Below, in pieces: positions 10,576 to 20,629 of a stretch of DNA of 64,000 nt. The DNA comes from Candidatus Microgenomates bacterium. Its GTDB lineage: Bacteria; Patescibacteriota; JACPGU01. A program made the translations under genes and the position numbers. Position 1 is the stretch's first letter. Each line of letters begins with the position of its first letter. The stretch lies in contig JACPGU010000002.1 in assembly GCA_016188915.1 (NCBI GenBank), forward strand, positions 85,287-149,286, given 5' to 3'. A model generated the notes under the pieces. It was not told the origin of the DNA. It was given only the letters and a program-made list of their open reading frames with translations, and did not search any database.

Positions 10576-11917
10576 GATATCTTTTTTTATTGTCAGAATA
10601 AGCTACAGAAAAACTGATGATGAGAATAAAAAGAAAAAATCCCTGTCTAATATCCCAAAGATAATGATCAAAAAATAAAGCCGGAAAAAGAGCCAAAATA
10701 GAAAAAGACAATGGCAATATGGTTTTTTTAATTAATTTCAGGACAAAAAAACAAAGACCGATGAGGGATAGGAAACCACCTACGCCTAATTCTGCCAACG
10801 TTAGAAGAAAAGTATTATGTACTGGCTGCACCACCCAGGTCGGATACCCGGTCAAAAGATACGCGACATCAATAGTAAAATTACCCAGCCCCACTCCTAA
10901 TATATTATCATTTATCATAATCAAAGCCTTATCTTGCAAAATAGAACGAATTTGAAAAGATTCTAGATTACCAGGATCAGAAAAATCCATCCTGCCAACT
11001 ATCAATGGGTAAGCGTATAACAACAAAGCTAGAATAATAGCCGATAAAGCATAAACTATTTCCAGATGTCTAGTTTTGTCTGATTTCTCATTATTCGCTA
11101 CTTTCATGGTCATATAGATAAAAGATGGCCACATCAAAAAAGCTATTATCCAGATCATTCTAGAAAAAGTAAACAATATCGCCAAAGAAAAAATAGCCGC
11201 TATCGCTAAATTAATATTTATCTGTCGCCATTTTTTTTGTTGAAATAAAAAATAAAAATTGAAAAAGCCAGCCACTAGAATAAAAAAAGCTAGAATATTT
11301 GGATGTGGCAAAGTACCATAAGCTCTAATATGTTTTATGCCGTCTAATGTTATTTTTGCAACGCCATTGTTGTCGGCAGAAATAAACTGCTCACCTAAAA
11401 AATGTAACCCCAAATAACCGTTATTAATGAATTGCCCAATGGCTATCAAGGATTGAATAAATACCGCATAAATAAAAATTTTTAGACACCATTCCAGCCT
11501 ATTAATATTTTTTATTTTGTTAAGAACAAAAAGATAAAGGATCGAGCCAAGACATAAAACAAAAACGTAATAAAGGCTTATAAAAAAATATTCGGCAGAC
11601 AAAATAGATATTAGAGAGAAAAACAATAAAGCCAAAAAAGAAAAAAAGACATATTTGTCCCCTATTTTTATTTTTATTTTGTTTTTTGTAATATTTATTC
11701 CCCAAATAGCCAGAGCCGCTACAAGCAATATATCAAAGCCGTACAAAGAATATGTCAAATACTCCATAAAATACCCTTCCAAATAAGAAAAGTCAGTATA
11801 AAACTCTAATCTCTTCCAGAAAGGCAAGGAAAATATAAATAAACAAAAAAAAGCATAAGAATAATCTATGCTATGGAAAGAATCTCTTATTTTAGTTTTA
11901 AGTAAAGACGGCTTCAT
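10568..11917 (-). CDS. O-antigen ligase/Wzy_C family membrane protein
   Basis: RAYGTLPHPNILA, TFSR, GVGLGNF, QPVHNTFLL..AELG, FDHY. Confidence 0.88.
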   Translation of the reverse strand: MKPSLLKTKIRDSFHSIDYSYAFFCLFIFSLPFWKRLEFYTDFSYLEGYFMEYLTYSLYGFDILLVAALAIWGINITKNKIKIKIGDKYVFFSFLALLFFSLISILSAEYFFISLYYVFVLCLGSILYLFVLNKIKNINRLEWCLKIFIYAVFIQSLIAIGQFINNGYLGLHFLGEQFISADNNGVAKITLDGIKHIRAYGTLPHPNILAFFILVAGFFNFYFLFQQKKWRQININLAIAAIFSLAILFTFSRMIWIIAFLMWPSFIYMTMKVANNEKSDKTRHLEIVYALSAIILALLLYAYPLIVGRMDFSDPGNLESFQIRSILQDKALIMINDNILGVGLGNFTIDVAYLLTGYPTWVVQPVHNTFLLTLAELGVGGFLSLIGLCFFVLKLIKKTILPLSFSILALFPALFFDHYLWDIRQGFFLFILIISFSVAYSDNKKRYHE

Positions 11918-11944
11918 TGTCGCATTATAGCATAAAGAACAAAA

Positions 11945-11974
11945 TATAAAAAGAGGGCAAAGCCCTCTTTTTAT
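11945..11974. terminator. Intrinsic terminator (symmetric hairpin)
   Basis: aaaaagagggc-aaa-gccctcttttt, just downstream of the small basic ORF. Confidence 0.8.
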
Positions 11975-12001
11975 AAACTGCGAATGAACAAAGCCGCAAA
12001 A

Positions 12002-12091
12002 CTATCTTTTCTTTTTCTTGGTGGCCTTTTTCTTTGTCTTTCTCTTTACAGTCTTTTTCTTCGCAGCCTTTTTCTTTTTCTTTGCTGGCAT
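12002..12091 (-). CDS. 29-aa lysine-rich peptide (not in ORF track)
   Basis: ATG...TAG encodes MPAKKKKKAAKKKTVKRKTKKKATKKKKR; promoter-like motif upstream and terminator downstream. Confidence 0.75.
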   Translation of the reverse strand: MPAKKKKKAAKKKTVKRKTKKKATKKKKR

Positions 12092-12134
12092 ATTTTTATT
12101 TTACTAATATTTTATTTTTGTTTAATTTGATTCT

Positions 12135-12162
12135 ATATTATCGCGACTAGGATAATTGTCAA
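12135..12162 (-). promoter_or_regulatory. sigma70-type promoter for the lysine-rich peptide
   Basis: TTGACA-16 nt-TAATAT on minus strand. Confidence 0.55.
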
Positions 12163-12192
12163 TACACAATTTTTATTTTTTTAAAAATAAAA

Positions 12193-12963
12193 CTATTCCA
12201 AATTTTTTACAATGATAAACAACAAAACAAGACCAAAAGCAAAAGAAATAAAATGAGCAAAAGCTCTCAGGGCATTATCGTTATGATCATTTTTTATTTC
12301 TGGTATCAGATCGGTTGTTGAAATGTAGATAAAAGTGCCAGCGGCAAAAGCTAATAGAAATTGATTGAAGCCAAAAAACCTTTCGGAAACAAAATAGCCG
12401 ACCAATCCTCCCACTACCGCGGAAAAAGCAGTCAGTATATTTATCGCCAATGCCTTTTTTTTCTTCATCCCTCTATATATCAAGATGCTCATATCTCCAA
12501 TCTCACTAGGAATCTCATGAAAAATTACCGCCAAAGTAGTAGAAACGCCCAACCCTGGATTAGTCAAAAAAGAAATAGCGATGATAGCGCCATCAATGGC
12601 ATTGTGCAAGATATCGCCCAATATTATCAAATAATTAGTTGATCTCATGGTTTCACAATGAGGATCGTGTTTGGTTCTATAACAATGATTCCATCTTAAA
12701 ATCTGATCTAACACAAAGAAAGTAGTAAAGCCATAAACTACAAAAACAAATATGTCTATTGTCTCTATATTGGTAAGGCCCTCCAAAGACTCAGGAATGA
12801 GATCAAAAAAAGCAGCTCCCAAAAGAGATCCAGCCGCCATAGTTACCAGAAAAGGCAAAACACGATCTAATGATTTTTCCTTAACAAAAAACAAAAAGAG
12901 ACCAGCTAAAGATGTCAGACTGATCAGAGCAGTGGCAATAATAGTAATCAATAAAGGATGCAT
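12193..12963 (-). CDS. ZIP family metal transporter
   Basis: GDILHNAIDG and FHEIPSEIGD motifs, His-containing loop. Confidence 0.92.
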   Translation of the reverse strand: MHPLLITIIATALISLTSLAGLFLFFVKEKSLDRVLPFLVTMAAGSLLGAAFFDLIPESLEGLTNIETIDIFVFVVYGFTTFFVLDQILRWNHCYRTKHDPHCETMRSTNYLIILGDILHNAIDGAIIAISFLTNPGLGVSTTLAVIFHEIPSEIGDMSILIYRGMKKKKALAINILTAFSAVVGGLVGYFVSERFFGFNQFLLAFAAGTFIYISTTDLIPEIKNDHNDNALRAFAHFISFAFGLVLLFIIVKNLE

Positions 12964-12979
12964 GGCTTAAAAATTAAAA

Positions 12980-13663
12980 TTATTTTATTACATTTGGTAT
13001 TAATTTTTTCTCCCAATTGTCTTTGGTGATTTTTTCTAAATCTATGGCTTGCTTCATTGAGAAAAAACCAGATTTTGTCCTGATCAAGGAAATCAAAACA
13101 CCACCGGTATCCAAAATTTCTCCCAAATCGTTGGCTATACTCCTAATATAGGTACCCTTGCCACAAACGACTTCTATTGATAAAAAAGGCCAATGATATT
13201 TTTTTACCTTTATGCTAAAAATTTTTACCACACATAAAGGTAAAATTATTTTTTTGCCTTGACGCGCCAGATGGTAAGCTTTTTTACCTTTTATTTTTTT
13301 TGCTGAAAAAATAGGTGGTCTTTGTTTTATCTCTCCTAAAAATTTTACCATTTGATCGGTTATATCTTTTTGAGAGGGTATTTTTTTTGTTAAAACTGCT
13401 TCTATTTTTCCATCGCTATCATAGGTATCACTTTTTTTGCCGAATTCAATCATCGCTTGATAGGTTTTTTTGCTATCCATTAAATAACTAATATTTTTAG
13501 TTGCCGATCGACCTATCGCGCAAACCAGTACCCCAGAAGCTAAAGGATCTAGGGTACCAGCATGACCTATTTTTTTTACACCGGTAATCTGTCGCAATCT
13601 TCTGACAACCGCAAAAGAGGTAATACCTGATGGTTTGTTGATCGCTAAAAAGCCTTCCTTCAT
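12980..13663 (-). CDS. truB: tRNA pseudouridine(55) synthase TruB (short, no PUA domain)
   Basis: KIGHAGTLDPLASGVL, PPIFSA.K..GKKAY.LAR, CGKGTYIRS. Confidence 0.96.
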   Translation of the reverse strand: MKEGFLAINKPSGITSFAVVRRLRQITGVKKIGHAGTLDPLASGVLVCAIGRSATKNISYLMDSKKTYQAMIEFGKKSDTYDSDGKIEAVLTKKIPSQKDITDQMVKFLGEIKQRPPIFSAKKIKGKKAYHLARQGKKIILPLCVVKIFSIKVKKYHWPFLSIEVVCGKGTYIRSIANDLGEILDTGGVLISLIRTKSGFFSMKQAIDLEKITKDNWEKKLIPNVIK

Positions 13664-13664
13664 A

Positions 13665-14441
13665 TTATCTCACAAAAATTAAGAAAAATATTGCCGAAAG
13701 AACGATTCTATAAATACCGAAAATAATAAACCCTTTCTTTTCTACCAAGCCAACAAACCAACGTATTGCCAAAATAGCGGCAAAGAAAGAAAAAATAAAA
13801 GACAATGCTAGGGGCCAAATACTGGCAAAGAGCAATTCGTCAACATTATCTAATAAAGAAAAGGCAGTAGCGACCAACATAGTCGGTACAGCCAGTAAAA
13901 AAGAAAATTCCACTGCCAATTTCCTATTAAAGCCTATCAATTGGCCGGCAATAATAGTAGCTGCCGAACGAGATACGCCAGGGATAAAAGATAATATCTG
14001 TAAAATTCCCACGAAAACCGCCTGATTGAGATTTATAGTATCTATTTTTTCTGATTTAATTTTTAATTTATCGACAAAATATTTATCAAAAATTATTAAA
14101 AATATTCCACCCAAAAGCAGGGACCATAAGACCACCATTGTGTTGCCTAATAAATAATTTTTGATAAAAGGATAAAAAATAATACCAGCTATGCCAGTAG
14201 GAATAAAAGCTACCAATAATTTGGAGAGGACATGGCGAAAATCAAAAAGATAACGCCAATACAAAAAAATCACAGCCAAAATAGCGCCTGATTGTATCGT
14301 TATCTCAAAATTTTTGAGAAAACTGGAATCTTTCAGTCCCAAAATGTCAGCTGTCAGAATAAGATGCCCAGTAGAAGAAACAGGCAAAAATTCTGTCAGT
14401 CCCTCCACCAACCCCAAAATGATAGCTTGAATACTGTTCAT
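13665..14441 (-). CDS. uppP: Undecaprenyl-diphosphatase
   Basis: VEGLTEFLPVSSTGHL, PGVSRSAATI; GGAGGA SD before ATG at 14441. Confidence 0.95.
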   Translation of the reverse strand: MNSIQAIILGLVEGLTEFLPVSSTGHLILTADILGLKDSSFLKNFEITIQSGAILAVIFLYWRYLFDFRHVLSKLLVAFIPTGIAGIIFYPFIKNYLLGNTMVVLWSLLLGGIFLIIFDKYFVDKLKIKSEKIDTINLNQAVFVGILQILSFIPGVSRSAATIIAGQLIGFNRKLAVEFSFLLAVPTMLVATAFSLLDNVDELLFASIWPLALSFIFSFFAAILAIRWFVGLVEKKGFIIFGIYRIVLSAIFFLIFVR

Positions 14442-14495
14442 AATCTCCTCCAAACAAAAATCGCCAGTTTCAAACAAAGCGACTTTTGCGCGCGC

Positions 14496-14897
14496 TTAAT
14501 TTTTTGATTCTTTTTTTGCTAAACGCCAGTGATAAAGATACATAGGCAAACCAACCAAAAGCATCGCTAGATTGTTGGCTGCCTGTTCATGACGGCTGGA
14601 AACAACATAATCTATTTTGCCTTGATCGCTTTGCCATTTTTCGTAATCGGCTAACCATTCATCGATATTGATCTTTTGCGCCTCTGTTATGTTTCTTTTT
14701 TCTTTGAGATTTTCTATCTCTTCTATATATGGCGTCGGTGGAGGCGAGTAAGCTAATTTCTGATCTTGATCGGCCTTAGTAAAAACATAGGCCTTCAGCC
14801 CCATGTCCAAAAAACTAATCAAACTAATGGCCATAAAAATAAGCCCCAGAAAAGAGAAAAAGTAAATATAGACAGTTTTTATTGTGCTTGTTTGCAT
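14496..14897 (-). CDS. Two-TM membrane protein, DUF5671-like
   Basis: N-terminal VYIYFFSFLGL and C-terminal LAMLLVGLPMYLYHWR pattern. Confidence 0.55.
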   Translation of the reverse strand: MQTSTIKTVYIYFFSFLGLIFMAISLISFLDMGLKAYVFTKADQDQKLAYSPPPTPYIEEIENLKEKRNITEAQKINIDEWLADYEKWQSDQGKIDYVVSSRHEQAANNLAMLLVGLPMYLYHWRLAKKESKN

Positions 14898-14927
14898 ATT
14901 TTTTTATAATTATTACGATTGAGCGCA

Positions 14928-15119
14928 TTAACAACATTTGCATTTTCTGTCTAGCAATTTACCCAGACCCCCTAAAATAACAATAGATGGCCAGACAATA
15001 GCCACCAATTCAGAAGCCAAAACTCCTAATGTCCCTAGTAAAAAAGTAAGGCCGAAAAGAATTACTAATATCGGTCCAAAGCTATGATGCACGCAATTGC
15101 AAGAGCAACATTTTTCCAT
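14928..15119 (-). CDS. Small two-TM protein with Cys/His-rich termini
   Basis: MEKCCSCNCVHH...KCKCC; AAGGAG SD upstream. Confidence 0.7.
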   Translation of the reverse strand: MEKCCSCNCVHHSFGPILVILFGLTFLLGTLGVLASELVAIVWPSIVILGGLGKLLDRKCKCC

Positions 15120-15167
15120 ATAGTCTCCTTTGTTTTACTAATAACACAATCGACCCTTTGTTATTTT

Positions 15168-15674
15168 TTAATAATTTTTCAGTAATAAACCAACAGCTAC
15201 TCCTATTATTATGGCCAGCCCTCCAACCAAAAGCATTCTCCAGCTCAAACGCCAAATATTTTCTTTCAACAGTTTGGCGCTAGAAAAGCCTAGAACAAAG
15301 AGCAAGCCCAAAGAAACCGCGATAGAGATAACCAGCGCTATTTCGCTAGTCAAAATCAAATAAGGAGCTAAAACTATAAAACCAAAAAAACAATAAGATA
15401 ATAACATTGTCAAAGCTCCTTTGATGGAATTAGCAAAATAATCTTTTATCTTGCGGCTTTCCTCCAAAGAGCTCTCTGATAAAAAACTTCCTACCCCCAT
15501 TGAAAAAGCTTCTACGAAAATCAGTATGGCGCCAGTCAAAATAATATTGGTCCTATCAATACCGCTAGCCGCTACCCCAGCTAAAAAACCAACTGTAGAG
15601 ACCAGGCTATCTTCCACGCCAAAGATAAAATTGCGTGTAAAAATATCCCTGGTTTGCCTATTGTTTTTTACCAT
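15168..15674 (-). CDS. VIT1/CCC1 family transporter
   Basis: NFIFGVEDSLVST and EAFSMGVGSFLS motifs. Confidence 0.88.
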   Translation of the reverse strand: MVKNNRQTRDIFTRNFIFGVEDSLVSTVGFLAGVAASGIDRTNIILTGAILIFVEAFSMGVGSFLSESSLEESRKIKDYFANSIKGALTMLLSYCFFGFIVLAPYLILTSEIALVISIAVSLGLLFVLGFSSAKLLKENIWRLSWRMLLVGGLAIIIGVAVGLLLKNY

Positions 15675-15687
15675 TTTTTTTGAATTT

Positions 15688-16566
15688 TCACTGATTTATT
15701 ATTTTTTGAAGGGTTTTGGCTTTAATTTGCCGGTCAGAGGGAGTATTCTCCAGTCTGTCTTGTATTTTGTCTTTGATTATATTTTGCTTCAATGGAACTT
15801 TCTGATTGTTCTGACACCATGGCGGCGTTGCCCATGGCCCTTGTGGCGGACAGATTTTACCAATCCACATAATAATTACCACGAGCAAAACAAATCCAAC
15901 GATAGAGCCAGTAGAAATCAAGACTATTTTGACTATTTTGGAAGATTCTTTTTTGTCAGTTTTTAGCTCTTTTCCTCCACTGCCATCTTTAGAAAACCTG
16001 TTGGACGATTGAGCTAATTCTTTTCTGTAAGTTTTTGCCCTTTCTATCTCATCATGAGATCGCAGAACCCGATAAACCTTGACATTATCAGGTATCCCCT
16101 TAAGATGTCTGACGCCTATTTCGGCGGAAGGCACTTCATTTTTATTCATTGAAAGATAAACAGAATCAGAAAAGTAGACTTCGTTGGTTTCTGCTATAGA
16201 TTCAATACGAGAGGCGATATTGACGGCTTCACCGAAATAATCATCTCCCCTGATATTGACCTCACCACTATTGATCCCTATTCTGATCTCCATTTTTTCA
16301 TCATCGGACTCTTTGGCATTGTATTGTAAGAGCTCTTCTTGAATTTTTACTCCGCACAAAACAGCGTTGGTCGGACTTTCAAAGACCACCATAAAAGCGT
16401 CCCCAATGGTTTTGACTATTTTCCCTTTGTATTGAGCAAAAATAGGGCGAATTAATTTTTCTTGAGAATCTATCAAAGACTCTATCTGTTCACGAGTATG
16501 GGTTGAGGTCCTAGAGGTGAACCCTTTCATATCAGTGAACATGATAGTGAGATGTTTTGTCTCCAT
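15688..16566 (-). CDS. Class III adenylate/guanylate cyclase with C-terminal TM
   Basis: IMFTDMKGFT, VKTIGDAFM, IRIGINSGEV, DYFGEAVNIASRIE. Confidence 0.9.
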   Translation of the reverse strand: METKHLTIMFTDMKGFTSRTSTHTREQIESLIDSQEKLIRPIFAQYKGKIVKTIGDAFMVVFESPTNAVLCGVKIQEELLQYNAKESDDEKMEIRIGINSGEVNIRGDDYFGEAVNIASRIESIAETNEVYFSDSVYLSMNKNEVPSAEIGVRHLKGIPDNVKVYRVLRSHDEIERAKTYRKELAQSSNRFSKDGSGGKELKTDKKESSKIVKIVLISTGSIVGFVLLVVIIMWIGKICPPQGPWATPPWCQNNQKVPLKQNIIKDKIQDRLENTPSDRQIKAKTLQKIINQ

Positions 16567-16624
16567 GGCCCAATTATATAATAATAGTGCAAAAAAGCAA
16601 TCTGTGAGCATTCTCGACTCTCTC

Positions 16625-16653
16625 TTGTAAATAGCACTCTTTTACGCTACAAT
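16625..16653 (+). promoter_or_regulatory. Promoter of tRNA-Asn
   Basis: TTGTAA-17 nt-TACAAT. Confidence 0.55.
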
Positions 16654-16681
16654 ATTTGAGATAATTCTTCAAAGAAAATAT

Positions 16682-16753
16682 TCCGCGGTAGCTCAATGGT
16701 GGAGCAATCGGCTGTTAACCGATCGGTTGCTGGTTCGAGTCCAGCCCGCGGAG
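16682..16753 (+). tRNA. tRNA-Asn(GTT), CCA not encoded
   Basis: Acceptor stem TCCGCGG/CCGCGGA, anticodon loop CT-GTT-AA, GGTTCGAGTCC T arm. Confidence 0.97.
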
Positions 16754-16762
16754 TTAATAACA

Positions 16763-16786
16763 AAAATAGACCATATGGTCTATTTT
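16763..16786. terminator. Bidirectional terminator between tRNA-Asn and rpoD
   Basis: Perfect palindrome aaaatagaccatatggtctatttt. Confidence 0.7.
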
Positions 16787-16809
16787 GTTTAATGCAATTT
16801 TTTGCGGTT

Positions 16810-17940
16810 TTATTTCAAATATTCTTTCAACATTTTGCTCTCGCGGTTGCGACGAAGCTTCAAAAGAGCTTTTGCTTCTATCTGACGGATACGCTCGCGC
16901 GTAACGCCAAACTCCCGCCCCACTTCTTCCAGGGTATGACTTTTACCGTCCTCTAAACCAAATCTCATATTGACGATTTTTTGTTCTCTCGGATATAAAG
17001 TTTTGATAACGCCTCGCAATTGTTCTCTTAAAAGCTGGTGGGTCGCCGCATCATCGGGAGACATGTTTTTGTCATCAGGAATAAAATCTGATAATTTGCT
17101 GTCCTCTTCTTCTCCCACGCTGGTTTCCAAAGAAATAGTACCCTGAGAGATTTTCAAAATATGCTGAACTTTTTCTACTTCCATACTCATTTCAGCGGCT
17201 ATTTCTTCTGGAGTAGGGTCGCGCTGCAACTCTTGCGAAAGTTGTCTCTGCACGCGCGTTAATTTGTTGATAGTCTCCACCATATGCACAGGAATCCTGA
17301 TAGTGCGTGCCTGATCAGCAATAGCGCGAGAAATAGCCTGTCTAATCCACCAGGTAGCATAAGTAGAAAATTTGTAGCCACGATGGTAGTCAAATTTGTC
17401 CACCGCCTTCATCAGTCCTAAATTCCCTTCCTGAATTAGATCTAAAAGTTGTAATCCTCTACCCATATGTTTTTTGGCAATAGAAACAACCAAACGCAGA
17501 TTCGCTTCAGCCAATCTCGCCTTGGCGCCTTCCTCGCTCTTTTCTATTTTTTTGGCTAAAATCACTTCTTCTTCCGATGTCAAAAGAGGAATTCTGCCAA
17601 TCTCCCGAAGGTACATTCTCACCGAATCATTAGAAATATCAGCCAAAGCCATTTCTTGTTGTTTGACTTGTTCGGAAGCATCATCTTCGACAACATCGGC
17701 TGATACTTCACTCTCTTCCGCATTCTCTTCTATGCCACCCTCAGCAACTTCTACTCCTTCTTCTAGCATCACTGAATAAATCTCGTCGAATTTTTCTAAA
17801 TCTTCTTCGGCAGCGGGAACAGCCGATAGAATGTCGGCCTGTGTCACAAATCCTTGGCTACGACCTTTTTCCAACAATTGCTCCAATTCTGGATCGGCCT
17901 TTATTTTACGTGACTCTTTGACGGGTTTTTTCTTAGGCAT
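16810..17940 (-). CDS. rpoD: Primary sigma factor RpoD
   Basis: [44 protein letters not shown]. Confidence 0.98.
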   Translation of the reverse strand: MPKKKPVKESRKIKADPELEQLLEKGRSQGFVTQADILSAVPAAEEDLEKFDEIYSVMLEEGVEVAEGGIEENAEESEVSADVVEDDASEQVKQQEMALADISNDSVRMYLREIGRIPLLTSEEEVILAKKIEKSEEGAKARLAEANLRLVVSIAKKHMGRGLQLLDLIQEGNLGLMKAVDKFDYHRGYKFSTYATWWIRQAISRAIADQARTIRIPVHMVETINKLTRVQRQLSQELQRDPTPEEIAAEMSMEVEKVQHILKISQGTISLETSVGEEEDSKLSDFIPDDKNMSPDDAATHQLLREQLRGVIKTLYPREQKIVNMRFGLEDGKSHTLEEVGREFGVTRERIRQIEAKALLKLRRNRESKMLKEYLK

Positions 17941-18036
17941 ATGTTCTATTTAATTTCTAATTAATCTATTTTCTTCCGTCTCCTAATAATAGTAGTAGTT
18001 TATATTTTTAGAGTTTAGGGTTTAGGATTTCTGACT

Positions 18037-19800
18037 CTATATAAGCTCTTGTAATTTTTTCAGCAATTCTTTTGTTTTTTGCTTATCATCTTTCCCTATC
18101 TGGACTATCTCTCTCTCAATCAATTGTCTTTGCCTTTTTTTATAATTAGCCACCAGCTGATCAACTAAAAATTTAGCATCTTTGGTAATATCATTTGGGG
18201 ACAATGAATCAAAAAAAGTCTGCGCCAAAAAAATAGCTAAATCAAATTCCTGTTTGGCCGAAAAATTATCTAAATTATCTTTGATTGTCGCCAGAAAAAC
18301 AGCCTCTTCTGCTATATTCTGATTATGGCAGGCTTCGACTATTTTGTAAAGATTTTTTGTTTTTTCTAGTGTGAAATAATCCTCTTTTATGCTGGAAAGT
18401 ATTTCTTCTCTTACTTTTCCATACAGAACCATCGCTGCTAACAAAATTTCTTCCGGAGATAAAATTATTTCTTGACTTTTTGATTGTTCTTTTTTTGTCT
18501 CGCGTGTCGGTGGATTTTTTACTTTCTGTAAGGCTTCTGCTATATATTTTTCATCCGTTCCTAAGTCCTGACTGATTTTTTTGAGCCAATATGATTTTTC
18601 TATTGGATCTGCTACTCGCGCTATTATCGGAATCATTTCTGAGGCAATCGATTTTTTAGAAGCTAAATCCTGCCCATCTTTATTTTTTTCACTGATTTGC
18701 TGATAATAAAACTCCACCAAATCTATGGGGTGCTCACTGGCATCTATCCAGAAAGAAGGGTTTTTTTGAATTAATTCGTCCGGATCTTTGGCTTTTTTAA
18801 TCAAAATAGCTTTGGCCGCGATATCTTCTGATTTGGTCATCTCCAAAGCTCTTTTGGCGGCCATTAACCCTGCCATGTCCGTGTCAAAACAAAAAGCAAT
18901 ATTTTTCGTATAGCGGGATAATATCTTCACTTGTTCAAAAGTAAGAGCCGTACCTGAAGCCGCCACCACATTATCCACTCCTGCCTGATGGGAAGAGATA
19001 ACATCTAGGTATCCTTCTACTATTATTGCCATATCTTTTGCGCGGATAGACTCTTTGGCGCGATCTAGCCCATAGAGGATACTGCTTTTATCATAGATTG
19101 GTGACTGGGGCGAATTAAGATATTTGGGGGGAGTAAATTTGGGATTATTATTTTCTTTAAATATTCTTCCTCCAAAACCAGCTATTTTTCCATTGATGCC
19201 AATAATGGGAAAGATGATGCGTTCTCTGAATTTATCAACTGTTCTGCCATCGGTATTTTTGGTAATTAGACCCACTTCTGCCATTTCTTTTTCGCTGTAT
19301 CCTTTTTTGGATAAAAAATCTCGTAAAAGTACTGGCTGATGGGAAGTATATCCCAGATTAAACTTTTCTATCGTCTCTTCTGTCAATTTCCTTTTCTCCA
19401 AAAGATACCTTAGGGCTTCTCTGCCAACGGAGGTTTGAAGCAGAATATAATGAAAAAACTTGGCAGCTATTTCGGTTATCGCATAAAGCCTAGTTTTGTG
19501 GTCTTTTTGAACAATATTCTGCCTTTCCAAAATAATTCCTGCTCGATCAGCCAAAAGATGAAGCGCCCCTACGAAATCCAAACCTTCTATTTTTTCAATA
19601 AAGGAAAAAATATCGCCGCCCTGATTGCAACCAAAACAATACCATATCTGTTTGTCGGGTGTCACCATAAAAGATGGCGTTTTCTCCTGGTGAAAGGGAC
19701 AATTGGCGCGCCAATTCCGCCCCGCTTTTTGCAAGGTAAGATAACCTGATATCAGGTCTACTACATCTATTTTTTGTTTAATCTCGTCAGTTTGATCCAC
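18037..19800 (-). CDS. dnaG: DNA primase
   Basis: CPFHQEKTPSF zinc finger, KYLNSP, VEGYLDV, FDTD TOPRIM; adjacent to rpoD. Confidence 0.97.
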   Translation of the reverse strand: MDQTDEIKQKIDVVDLISGYLTLQKAGRNWRANCPFHQEKTPSFMVTPDKQIWYCFGCNQGGDIFSFIEKIEGLDFVGALHLLADRAGIILERQNIVQKDHKTRLYAITEIAAKFFHYILLQTSVGREALRYLLEKRKLTEETIEKFNLGYTSHQPVLLRDFLSKKGYSEKEMAEVGLITKNTDGRTVDKFRERIIFPIIGINGKIAGFGGRIFKENNNPKFTPPKYLNSPQSPIYDKSSILYGLDRAKESIRAKDMAIIVEGYLDVISSHQAGVDNVVAASGTALTFEQVKILSRYTKNIAFCFDTDMAGLMAAKRALEMTKSEDIAAKAILIKKAKDPDELIQKNPSFWIDASEHPIDLVEFYYQQISEKNKDGQDLASKKSIASEMIPIIARVADPIEKSYWLKKISQDLGTDEKYIAEALQKVKNPPTRETKKEQSKSQEIILSPEEILLAAMVLYGKVREEILSSIKEDYFTLEKTKNLYKIVEACHNQNIAEEAVFLATIKDNLDNFSAKQEFDLAIFLAQTFFDSLSPNDITKDAKFLVDQLVANYKKRQRQLIEREIVQIGKDDKQKTKELLKKLQELI

Positions 19801-19942
19801 GAAATGGTATTAAGTATTATGTATCAAGTATAAAGCAATGTCCCCTAATTCAAAAACAAAAAGACCGCAGGGGCCTTTTTGTCTGTGTGTTTCGTATTCC
19901 TGTTGCTTAGTTTTTTAGTTTTTTTGTTGCTTAGTTGCCCTC

Positions 19943-20524
19943 CTATATCTTCCCCACCAGATCCAGCCCAGGCTTTAATGTTTTTTCTCCCGGGTGCCAA
20001 TTGGCGGGGCATACTTCTCCGCCGTTTTCACGAACGAATTTGGCTGCCTGCAATTTGCGAAGCAATTCATCCGCGGAACGCCCGACTGAATTGTCATGAA
20101 TTTCAATAGTTTTCAAAACGCCATCGGGATCTATCAGAAATGTCCCGCGCAGGGAGAGTCCTTCGCTTTCAATATAGGTGCCAAAAGCACGGCAAAGCGT
20201 GCCAGTCGGATCGGCCGCCATAGGAAATTTGATTGTGCCGATGGCTTTACTCTCGTCATGCCACGCTTTGTGGGTAAAGACCGTATCGGTGGAAACGGAA
20301 ATTACTTCACACCCTTCTTTTTGGAACTCTTCGTAGTGGTGGGAGGCGTCCTCCAGCTCGGTTGGGCAAATGAAGGTGAAGTCAGCCGGGTAAAAGATAA
20401 GTGCCAACCACTGGCCTTTGAAGTCAACAAGTTTGGCTTTTTTTATCTTGTCGCCCTGATAGTACTCGAAAGAAAAATCCACAATCTCGGCAATATCTTT
20501 GATGTTTTGATTGATTTGGATCAT
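19943..20524 (-). CDS. ahpC: 2-Cys peroxiredoxin
   Basis: FYPADFTFICPTE and EVCPANW motifs. Confidence 0.95.
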   Translation of the reverse strand: MIQINQNIKDIAEIVDFSFEYYQGDKIKKAKLVDFKGQWLALIFYPADFTFICPTELEDASHHYEEFQKEGCEVISVSTDTVFTHKAWHDESKAIGTIKFPMAADPTGTLCRAFGTYIESEGLSLRGTFLIDPDGVLKTIEIHDNSVGRSADELLRKLQAAKFVRENGGEVCPANWHPGEKTLKPGLDLVGKI

Positions 20525-20629
20525 AGGAATTAAATTAGTAGTTATTTTGTCTATCAAAAATTGTACTAAATATTTTGATATAAAACAACAGATATGATTG
20601 AGATTTTTAGTTTTTTGTGATTTAATGAC

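Noticed and set aside
16696-16956. 86-aa ORF on the plus strand
   Set aside because: Overlaps tRNA-Asn and the antisense of rpoD; spurious.
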